From Candidatus Sigynarchaeum calidifontis (GTDB lineage: Archaea > Asgardarchaeota > Lokiarchaeia > Sigyniarchaeales > Sigyniarchaeaceae), in contig JAUQYZ020000257.1 of the NCBI GenBank assembly GCA_030587475.2, forward strand, positions 1 to 44,014: a DNA stretch of 44,014 bases, in the 5' to 3' direction. Below are positions 9,553 to 17,304 of this stretch, piece by piece. A program made the translations under genes and the position numbers. The notes beneath the pieces are model-generated. The model was not told the origin of the DNA, did no database searches, and saw only the letters and a list, made by a program, of their open reading frames with translations. Position 1 is the first letter of the stretch. Each line of letters begins with the position of its first letter.

Positions 9553-10548
9553 GTGAAAATGGTCATGGCGGTCAAACCAGCAATAAAAGATATTTCCGTG
9601 ATATTAACGAACGCCCCCCAATTGATGCTCGGGACGAAGCAATACCCTTTGACCTTCACGATCATGAACTTGCGCAACGATGTGAAGGATGTATCAGTGG
9701 AATTCGCTTCAAAATCCTTGAAGATGGATTCGACGACCTTCGACCTCACGCTAGCACCCCAAGACAAGCAAAGCATCACTGTCACGGTTACCCCGGAGAA
9801 GGACGGCGCCCTCGACTTGGCGGTCACGATCAACGAGAAGAAGACCATCAAATACACGGAGACCGTGCTAGAGGGGCACGAAAATGATATGCATCAAGAG
9901 GCGGCCCCGGCAGCCACGCCAACACCAGCACCCGTGACGGCCGCAGCTGTAACCCCCGCGAAACCAATTCAGAAGCCGACAGGAGCCCCGGTGAAACCGG
10001 TGAAGCCATCGGGAGCTGCTGCCCCCGTAACCGTGCCAGCGGTGCAAAAACCGGCTGGTGCCCCCGTAAAGCCCATGAAACCCGCGGGAGAAATTACTCC
10101 GGCCAAGCCGGTGAAGCCGGCTGTTATCATAGCTCCGCAGAAGGTTGCTGTCGGGGCGGAAGACGCCCTCGAAAAGCGCATCTTGTCCATCAAGGACAAG
10201 TACATGGCTGCCCGTACCACTTTACAGTCATTAAAACAAGGATCTCCCGAGTATATGCGCACGTACCAGGAGGCGGTGAAATACAAGGAGCAATACGAGA
10301 AATTAAAGTCTATATACGAGTCCGGTGGCACGATGGCGGATGCAGAGGCTGCGGTACCGTCCGAGTCCAAGGATCCCGTCACGGAGCTGAAGGAACTCGG
10401 CCAACGATATACTGATATGAAGAATCGCCTCTCGATGTTGAGCCCTGGCTCACCCGAGTACGAAAAACTCAAGCAAGAGGCGATGGCAGTGTATAAGGAA
10501 TACAATGACAAGCGGAACAAGGCCAAGGCGCAAGGCATAGTCGTATGA
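9553..10548 (+). CDS. Hypothetical protein: beta-sandwich-like N-terminus, Pro/Ala/Lys linker, two GSPEY helical hairpins
   Basis: 331-aa ORF with alternating hydrophobic strands, a repeated QKPxGAPVKPxKP linker and a duplicated helical unit. Start could be the ATG at 9559 or 9565. Confidence 0.75.
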   Translation: MKMVMAVKPAIKDISVILTNAPQLMLGTKQYPLTFTIMNLRNDVKDVSVEFASKSLKMDSTTFDLTLAPQDKQSITVTVTPEKDGALDLAVTINEKKTIKYTETVLEGHENDMHQEAAPAATPTPAPVTAAAVTPAKPIQKPTGAPVKPVKPSGAAAPVTVPAVQKPAGAPVKPMKPAGEITPAKPVKPAVIIAPQKVAVGAEDALEKRILSIKDKYMAARTTLQSLKQGSPEYMRTYQEAVKYKEQYEKLKSIYESGGTMADAEAAVPSESKDPVTELKELGQRYTDMKNRLSMLSPGSPEYEKLKQEAMAVYKEYNDKRNKAKAQGIVV

Positions 10549-10568
10549 ACCCTGGAGTATGAAATGCG

Positions 10569-11603
10569 ATGAGCGAGATCGAGAACATCCGCAACCAACT
10601 CGACCAAATCGAGCAAAAATACAACGGCTTGCTCGAGGAGCTGCAACGGATCGCGGACACGAAGGGGGACGCGGCTTCATCGGATCCCGATTACATCCAG
10701 AAATATGATGAGGCATCGGCGCTGAATGCCAAGTTCGAAGCGCTGCAAACCAAGCTCCAAGAACTCGAAGCTGCATCGCCCCAGGCACCAGCCATTCCTG
10801 AGGCCGCTGTTGGAACCGACGTGGCAGCGGCGGTCGGGGGGATTGACGCCGTGGCACCACCGGAAGGTGTCTCCATGGTGCAAGAGCAACCAGCAGCCGT
10901 TCCTATCGGCGGAGCTCCTGCCGTCGTGGGCGATGCAGCCGTGCAGCCCGGGGAACCCGGGATCGTCGCACCGCCCGCCCCGAAATACGTCACGGTCGAG
11001 CGTGTTCGGGTCGAGATATCGAAAATTCACGAGCAATCCTGGAGTTTCGTTGGTATAACATCCAATGTTTCTCCCGCCGTTCAAGAGCTCGTCAACAAGG
11101 GTGGATATATCAGCGAGAATTTACTGGAAAAGAAATTCGGCAAGCTCACGTTGTTATGTCCCTTCGAGGTGGACTTTCAGATCGGTGGCATGATCTCCGC
11201 TTACAGCCGGCGTTCCGGTTCCCCCGTTGGTCTTATTTATTACCCCCAATCGACTCCTTCCCCCCAAGCAAGCGCCACGCTCGGACAGCTCGTGCAGCAA
11301 TTCGTCGCATCGGGGGCCCCGCGTGGCCACGTGGTTGCATTCCTGAAGGTAAACAAGGTCGAAAGCGATGATAAGGTTTCGATCATCATTGGTGGCTTGA
11401 CCGATCAAGATGGCCGGATCGTGCAAGCGTTAAAGCGGCTTGGCAATGTATTTTCTGATAACGGCATATTTTTCAAGGGTGCTTTATTGGATGATGTTAA
11501 ATCTATAGCCGCGAAGCTCGGTATCAAGCTCGTGACGATCGTTTGTACCAGTAACGTTATTCAGAACCAAGACAATCTCAAGGTACTTGTAGAATCTTTC
11601 TGA
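10569..11603 (+). CDS. Hypothetical protein: helical hairpin, Pro/Ala linker, C-terminal alpha/beta domain
   Basis: 344-aa ORF with GGAG at 10554-10557 upstream of the ATG. Lies 20 nt after the previous gene. Confidence 0.75.
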   Translation: MSEIENIRNQLDQIEQKYNGLLEELQRIADTKGDAASSDPDYIQKYDEASALNAKFEALQTKLQELEAASPQAPAIPEAAVGTDVAAAVGGIDAVAPPEGVSMVQEQPAAVPIGGAPAVVGDAAVQPGEPGIVAPPAPKYVTVERVRVEISKIHEQSWSFVGITSNVSPAVQELVNKGGYISENLLEKKFGKLTLLCPFEVDFQIGGMISAYSRRSGSPVGLIYYPQSTPSPQASATLGQLVQQFVASGAPRGHVVAFLKVNKVESDDKVSIIIGGLTDQDGRIVQALKRLGNVFSDNGIFFKGALLDDVKSIAAKLGIKLVTIVCTSNVIQNQDNLKVLVESF

Positions 11604-11657
11604 CACAGCAGAAATGATCCTTTTCAAATTACTTGAATAATCGATGGGAAAAACCGT

Positions 11658-13487
11658 ATGGATAAAAAACAATTGAAAGAATTAATCGGTTCTGCCAAGA
11701 AAACCATAAAAGAAGCCGACAAGCTCGCGAAGAACGACGTGAACGGCGCCTTCCAGGCCTACCGGCAAGCCGCCGAGTGGCTGCAACATGCCGCAGACGA
11801 TGCGGAAGCCGTGTCCTTGTACCAGGAAGTCGTTGGCAAGATGCAAGAGCTCGTCAACCGGAGCCAGCAGCAACCCGCCGCGCAGCCGGCCACGCAAGGC
11901 GGCTCTTTCCTTTCATTTGCTTCTCCACAAACCACGAACCAAATGTCACGCGAGCAAAGATACAACATACAAGCCCAGCAGCAATACGCGCAGCAACAGC
12001 AGCAGAAACACGGGCACAAGGGCTCAACCGTGCAACCCCCACCGAGACAAGCTGGTGGCTGGACGCCACTCGTTTTCACCCATGGCCAGGAGCTCGAGGT
12101 GCAACTCGTCCGCACGGACGGATCTTTTCTCTCTGGTGAAGAAATGGTGCACCTGATGGGCGAGCTCGTGAAGGAAGCATACAACAAGTTCAAGCAATGG
12201 ATGGATGCCGGGCAAGTGCCGCAATACATAGTGCAGAAGATGGGCGGGTACCCCGTGCTGCACGAGGATCACGAAAAGGGCCTGGTAATGCAGATCCCCT
12301 CCTTGCTTCCCGCTGGTAATCGAATTAACATCGACTCGTTCGGTCGTGACGGCAACGTCGCTGCCATCACCTATATCCTCGAATTAGTTACCCCTATTTG
12401 TCAGTATGTCGAGGAGCTCGCGTGGTGGGAAAGCACGCTGTTCAGCCTCGCTCACCAGGTCCTGCAATCACAAAAAAGTGACTTGTTCATCGTCGGCAGC
12501 GGCTTGAACGGGACGGTCGAGTACATGCGGGGTCTATCATTCGGTGACCATAGCCACATCGGTACGTTCCAGTCGCCGCTTGAAAAGATCCAGTTCTACG
12601 ACATGATCCGGAACTTCATTCCGGCTATCATTTCCTTGTCTGTCAACAGCCCGATCGTGAGCGGGAAGCCGACCGACGAGGTCAAGATAGTAAAAGGTCG
12701 ATACGCGGCCCCGAACTGCGTTCGTTCGATCCGGTTGCTGAATAACACGACCATGCTATCGAGCAACCAACCGGCGAAGTATCCACCATATTTACTCGAT
12801 GATAACGAGCAGACTCGCCAACAATTCCTTTCGACCGTGGGAAAAGCGGATTTTTACGATGCCCGGTTCCAGGACGTGTACCCGTACACCGATTTCGGCA
12901 CGATCGAGGTGCGAGTGTGTGATGCCCAGATTAGTATCGCCCGCCGCATCGGCTTGTGCTTGCTACTCCAGGCCCTCGGTTACAAGACCCGCAAACTCCT
13001 TGCCGCCGGGCGCTACGTGCCAGGTGCGTCGTCGGAATGCCTCGTTAAAAACCGCGAGAAAGCTGTCCGGCAAGGCTTGTTCGGCACGTTCACGACTGAA
13101 GGCATGGACGAGGCCCAGTTCCGCTCATATGACGCGGAGTTCGCAAACATGTACATCGGGGACAGCACGTCGAAGCCTCGATACATGTTCGAGCACGTGG
13201 ACCGAATGTTCCGCTGGCTGGCACCAGAACTCAAGGAGCTTGGCTACGCGAACTCGCCTTACTTGCAACCTCTCATCGCGAGCGTGTATGGCGATCTACC
13301 GAACGGTATCCTTCCCCCGTTTACCGAGGCAGATTACCAGCTATCCCTGTATTATTACAAGGTTTCTAATAGACTCGATCCAAACATCGTTCCTGAATTG
13401 ATCACGCAAACCAAGCAGCACACGTTAAATCCAACGACATCTCCTCTCTCCGGCGGGCAAATTCGTTACCCGCCAGGTTTTCTCTGA
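11658..13487 (+). CDS. Glutamate--cysteine ligase family 2 (GCS2/YbdK carboxylate-amine ligase) with N-terminal MIT-like helical bundle and Gln-rich linker
   Basis: FTHGQELEVQLV, LELVTP, FGDHSHIG, LSVNSP and FGTIEVRVCDAQ. N-terminal ~70 aa form three helices including AFQAYRQAAEWL. Confidence 0.8.
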   Translation: MDKKQLKELIGSAKKTIKEADKLAKNDVNGAFQAYRQAAEWLQHAADDAEAVSLYQEVVGKMQELVNRSQQQPAAQPATQGGSFLSFASPQTTNQMSREQRYNIQAQQQYAQQQQQKHGHKGSTVQPPPRQAGGWTPLVFTHGQELEVQLVRTDGSFLSGEEMVHLMGELVKEAYNKFKQWMDAGQVPQYIVQKMGGYPVLHEDHEKGLVMQIPSLLPAGNRINIDSFGRDGNVAAITYILELVTPICQYVEELAWWESTLFSLAHQVLQSQKSDLFIVGSGLNGTVEYMRGLSFGDHSHIGTFQSPLEKIQFYDMIRNFIPAIISLSVNSPIVSGKPTDEVKIVKGRYAAPNCVRSIRLLNNTTMLSSNQPAKYPPYLLDDNEQTRQQFLSTVGKADFYDARFQDVYPYTDFGTIEVRVCDAQISIARRIGLCLLLQALGYKTRKLLAAGRYVPGASSECLVKNREKAVRQGLFGTFTTEGMDEAQFRSYDAEFANMYIGDSTSKPRYMFEHVDRMFRWLAPELKELGYANSPYLQPLIASVYGDLPNGILPPFTEADYQLSLYYYKVSNRLDPNIVPELITQTKQHTLNPTTSPLSGGQIRYPPGFL

Positions 13488-13526
13488 TCTATTCCTTTTT
13501 ACTTGTCTATTAACTTTATACCAGTT

Positions 13527-14510
13527 ATGGAAATTCGATCTAGTCTTGCGACGACGGGGAAACTCGGCTCGCTTTGGAAGTTACTTTTCTCGCCCGAACG
13601 TCCTGGCGTGGCGGCTATTAGTCCGGGAATCTCGTTCGGGTTATGGTGGAAAACGCGATCGCGCGATGTGCAAGAGCGGGATCTTTTCGAGGGGGCGGTA
13701 GCCGGGGGGTTCGATGCACCTTGCTTGGCTTTTGCATTCGGCACTGGGTACCAGATGGCCTTGCGGCGGCTCGTGCCTGGCTTGCCCCTAGATCTCGTCG
13801 CGTGCATCGCCGCCACCGAGCAAGGGGGTGCCCATCCTCGCGCCATCCAGTCGACTATCCGGTCAATCGATGCATCGAGCGGCGGTGGTAATCTCATCCT
13901 AACGGGTCGCAAGAAATGGATCACGCTGGCGGCCGAGGCATGGTTCTTCATCATCGCCGCGTCCGCGGGCACGGCGGTTGATGGGCGGAACCAGATCCGG
14001 ATGGTCAAGGTGCCCAGGGACGCGACAGGGTTGTTGGTAATGCCGATGAAGAATGTTCCCTTCTTGCCCGAAATCTCCCACGGGGAGGTTATCTTGGAGA
14101 GCGTTCGTATAAAATCCGATGCAATTCTCCCTGGAGATGGTTATGCCGATTACCTGCGCCCCTTCCGTACCGTGGAGGACATATTCGTTGGTGCAAGTCT
14201 TCTGGGATTCATTTTCCGCGCTGCCCGCGAGCGCGGGTGGTCACGGGCAATTCTCGAGCTCCTCGCGTGCCAGATAGCGGGATTGCACGCGATCGCGAGC
14301 GATGACCTGACCGCTCCCGAGACGCATGTCGCATTGGGGGGATTTCTCGCCCAACAGCGTCTTGTGCTGGAGCAGGTCGACAAGCTTTGGCAAGCCGCCG
14401 ATCCTGCATCGAGGGATGCATGGAACCGGGACAAGCTGGTCCTAGAGATTGCGGGCAAGGCGCGGGCCGCGCGCCTCGACAGCGCATGGAAGCGACTGGG
14501 ATTGGTTTAG
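13527..14510 (+). CDS. Acyl-CoA dehydrogenase-like flavoprotein (short type)
   Basis: AATEQGGAHP, LTGRKKWITLA, GDGYADYLRPFRTVED. Start uncertain (TTG 13503 or ATG 13527). Confidence 0.7.
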   Translation: MEIRSSLATTGKLGSLWKLLFSPERPGVAAISPGISFGLWWKTRSRDVQERDLFEGAVAGGFDAPCLAFAFGTGYQMALRRLVPGLPLDLVACIAATEQGGAHPRAIQSTIRSIDASSGGGNLILTGRKKWITLAAEAWFFIIAASAGTAVDGRNQIRMVKVPRDATGLLVMPMKNVPFLPEISHGEVILESVRIKSDAILPGDGYADYLRPFRTVEDIFVGASLLGFIFRAARERGWSRAILELLACQIAGLHAIASDDLTAPETHVALGGFLAQQRLVLEQVDKLWQAADPASRDAWNRDKLVLEIAGKARAARLDSAWKRLGLV

Positions 14511-16498
14511 CTGGTGATCCGCAAGAAGGGCGGCACGATGCGCCGGAACTCAGCATCGTCCTTGTTCTTCGTGTATATCAAGGCGCGGATGAGTTTCTCC
14601 TCGAACAATTCGCCGGTCACCTGGCGGCTCTTGATGCTCGCCCCCTTCGCCAATTTCAAGGTATACGATTCGGGTGGTCCGGCCAGCTCGACTTTTCTCG
14701 GTATCACGAACCCAACGAGACCCAGCGTCGATGAATATGCCACCACGATCGACTTGAACTCGCCCTGGTTTTCGATACTGATGAGCTCGAGCTCTCCCTT
14801 GAGATCGTCGTTCACCTTCGTCATGGGGGTCCAGTCGTTGTAGACGTGAGGGAACGGCTCGTACATGAGACTGTTGAACTGGGCGAGTTGCATGACTTGC
14901 TCGTTATATTGGTCGATTTTGGTCTTTTCCGTGATGTCGAACGACTGGTCGATCAGGCTATCCAGGTGCATCCCCCCCTTCTCAATCTCGTTCATGCGTA
15001 CCCCCGCGATGATATAGGACTTTTTCATACGCTCGATCAAGGAGCGATTCTTGTGCACTTGGCCCGAGACGATCGCGGCCTCGAGAGCCTCGTCGTAGAG
15101 AAAAACAGAATATTGCGGTTTACCGAAGATCAAGAAGTAATCGGCCATTTCAGAGAACGCACTGGCCGCTGCATCGGGATTTTTCATGGACAGGCTTTGC
15201 ACCATCTTGATGAAGTCCTGGACTTCCTCAACTCGCTCGACCTCGTACGATGCGATGGCTTTGGCAAGTAAGCACTTGATCTGCATCTCCACGTCCTTTA
15301 CTTTCTCTGCAAGATACCGGGCGTACTCGAAGTGCTCGATGGCCTTGATGTAAAAGTCGGAGATATCGGCGAAGTTGAAAAAAAAGAGCATCGCCTTCAT
15401 GTACACGGCATTGAGAACGGCTCGATCTTGGTGGCTCTGCGACCCCCAATAGGCGGTTTCCGTGAGGTAGGTGAACGCGTTGAGCAAGTCGCCGTGTAGC
15501 AAGTAGACATAAGCCTTGAAGAAGGTGACCTTGTATATCTGCAACGCAGTGAGCACGTAGAGGAACGGGTAGGCGTCTTTGAAGTCGAACTTGGCACGGA
15601 TGATGTCCTCGATCAAATCGCTGTCCAGCTGCTTCACGGCGTTTAATGCGGAAGGTAAATCCTCGTCGAGGATGTGTTTTCGCATCTCGTCGAGCTTGGC
15701 CACGTGTGCCTTAAGGTTATCGAGGTATTCCTTGTACGGCTCGATTGAGCTCGCAGTTTTTTTATCCAGTGCCAGAGTACCGGACACGTAGACATCGGCG
15801 ACGCGGAGCTTGGCCATCGAGGTATCGTCGAGTTCGCCAGACGTGATGTAGCCGGTCTTGGACTTGATGACGTCCATGGTCGCTGTTGCACCCGGTTCGG
15901 TCCCGCCTTCGCTCGCGTTTACCAGAGCTGCGGTGCGGTCTATTAACCACGACAGTTTCTTGGCTGCCGGGTAAATATCCTTGCGGGACAAGATGTACTG
16001 GATGGAATAATCGGTGAGTTTCTTCTCCATGGACTTGTAATAGCGCTTTAAAACAGCATCGTTCGTGAGCGTCGACAGCTTAAGCATAAAAGCGCCAGGG
16101 GTGAGGATCTTGATGTCCTTGTTTAATTTCTGGGCATTCTCGACCAGCTTGAAATCATCGGTGACGAGCCACGTTTCCTCCGTCTTTGAGAAGCTATTCG
16201 CGAGGTATAACAGCGACAAGTCATTGTCTTGCGCGGGATTACGATCGTTGAGGGCTTTCTTGATGCCATCGATGTCTGCTTGCGTGACCTTATCGACCGT
16301 CACGACGTAATTGAAATCTTTCTTGGCATCACCCTTGAGAAATGGCATCTCGGCGATAATCTGCCCCGAAACGTGGTACTTGATGCTTTCACTTGCGTTC
16401 TCGCTTTTAACCGCGTTGAGCTTGTTTATCCAGAGCTTTTCCGAAAGCTGATTCACCGAGATAAAAAAGTTGGTGTCGATGACGAAGTGTGTTCCCAT
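14507..16498 (-). CDS. PIN-domain ribonuclease fused to TPR-like helical repeats
   Basis: FVIDTNFF, IIAE, QDNDLSL and LVTDDFKL supply the PIN acidic residues. Central TPR-like helices (KAIEHFEYARYLA, YDEALEAA). Confidence 0.8.
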   Translation of the reverse strand: MGTHFVIDTNFFISVNQLSEKLWINKLNAVKSENASESIKYHVSGQIIAEMPFLKGDAKKDFNYVVTVDKVTQADIDGIKKALNDRNPAQDNDLSLLYLANSFSKTEETWLVTDDFKLVENAQKLNKDIKILTPGAFMLKLSTLTNDAVLKRYYKSMEKKLTDYSIQYILSRKDIYPAAKKLSWLIDRTAALVNASEGGTEPGATATMDVIKSKTGYITSGELDDTSMAKLRVADVYVSGTLALDKKTASSIEPYKEYLDNLKAHVAKLDEMRKHILDEDLPSALNAVKQLDSDLIEDIIRAKFDFKDAYPFLYVLTALQIYKVTFFKAYVYLLHGDLLNAFTYLTETAYWGSQSHQDRAVLNAVYMKAMLFFFNFADISDFYIKAIEHFEYARYLAEKVKDVEMQIKCLLAKAIASYEVERVEEVQDFIKMVQSLSMKNPDAAASAFSEMADYFLIFGKPQYSVFLYDEALEAAIVSGQVHKNRSLIERMKKSYIIAGVRMNEIEKGGMHLDSLIDQSFDITEKTKIDQYNEQVMQLAQFNSLMYEPFPHVYNDWTPMTKVNDDLKGELELISIENQGEFKSIVVAYSSTLGLVGFVIPRKVELAGPPESYTLKLAKGASIKSRQVTGELFEEKLIRALIYTKNKDDAEFRRIVPPFLRITS

Positions 16499-16544
16499 GG
16501 TGCTCCCTTCCGTGCCGACAATGATGATGATTGGTGGCGACGGG

Positions 16545-16626
16545 GAAAAAAAAAGATTAGCTCGCGAGGGCCGGATTGCCGGATATCAGACAGACCCGGA
16601 AAAAAAAAAGGAATTAACCGAAAAAA
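16545..16626 (-). terminator. Oligo-T tracts (archaeal terminator-like)
   Basis: Plus-strand A runs at 16621-16626, 16600-16609 and ~16545-16554 read as U tracts on the minus strand. Confidence 0.45.
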
Positions 16627-16920
16627 GGTGCCATGTTTCCCGGCATTAACACTCTGCTCTCATTGAATGGCCGTTTCGCCATTTTCTTGAGCATGTTCTC
16701 TCATGCCAGGATTACTGGCACCCGGCGGGTGAGAAGCCGTGTTCGAGCATGGGGTTGTCTTGCAATCATCCACGAGTGAGCCACTCGGCTGTCGTGCAAG
16801 GGCCGTGTGCCCGGTGTCCAGCTTCCAATCTCGGATGTGTCCCGCTCCATGCCCTTAGCCTCATCGTTTGGTGCTCGGCAAGGCCTCGAAGCGGGCGCTT
16901 AGCTCGTCAGCGATTCCCGC
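16610..16920 (-). ncRNA. Candidate structured non-coding RNA (~310 nt), family unassigned
   Basis: No ORF of 60 aa or more on the minus strand here. GC-rich block with AT-rich flanks, many nested stems, paired 5'/3' ends, upstream TATA/BRE and a downstream U10 tract. Confidence 0.55.
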
Positions 16921-16940
16921 AATATTAAAGAACGAGTATT

Positions 16941-16955
16941 TACATAAATTCTTTG
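16941..16955 (-). promoter_or_regulatory. Putative archaeal BRE-TATA promoter for the ncRNA candidate
   Basis: Minus strand reads CAAAGAA-TTTATGTA, ending 21 nt before the G at 16920. Confidence 0.5.
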
Positions 16956-17048
16956 CGTCGTTACTGCGGAATTGATGGGGGAGCCGTGATACGGCACAAG
17001 ATACTTGGATATATCGATGGGAAGTACCTTATCCGCCGGACATATCTG

Positions 17049-17282
17049 ATGCTAATAACTTTCGGCTTGATTTTTCTATGCGTAGCCTTATTCATGATGT
17101 TTTTATTTTATGTCCTTCGATTCATTTTCCTTGGGATAGGGATTTCCATGCAAATCGTCGGTGGAATCAAGAGGAAACAAGTTATGATGGCCCCCATCGA
17201 CAGCGATCAAGCCCGGGGCATCCAGGGTACCGCATCCAGATCGCTTTTCAAAAAGAAGGACAATAATTCGCTGCTCCCTTGA
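17049..17282 (+). CDS. Small membrane protein (hypothetical)
   Basis: MLITFGLIFLCVALFMMFLFYVLRFIFLGIGISMQIVGG hydrophobic stretch followed by a basic tail. Confidence 0.45.
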   Translation: MLITFGLIFLCVALFMMFLFYVLRFIFLGIGISMQIVGGIKRKQVMMAPIDSDQARGIQGTASRSLFKKKDNNSLLP

Positions 17283-17304
17283 TAAAATAGAGCGTTCTGG
17301 GGTG

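Noticed and set aside
10546-10572. Selenocysteine or stop readthrough fusing the 9553 and 10569 ORFs
   Set aside because: The second ORF is in a different frame, another in-frame TGA follows at 10570, and gene 2 has its own GGAG site.
16672-16910. Hammerhead ribozyme core on the minus strand (CUGACGA-GCUA ... UGGC-GAAAC)
   Set aside because: Stem II would enclose ~220 nt, and no convincing stem III + NUH + stem I arrangement could be built.
16610-16920. Identification of the RNA candidate as SRP RNA, RNase P RNA or 5S rRNA
   Set aside because: The size fits SRP/RNase P and short look-alikes exist (GAAACGGCCAU; CCCAUGCUCGAACACGG). However, there is no CAGG-GNRA-AGCA helix 8, no GAGGAAAGUCC/ACAGAA..GGCUUA pair and no 5S helix framework.
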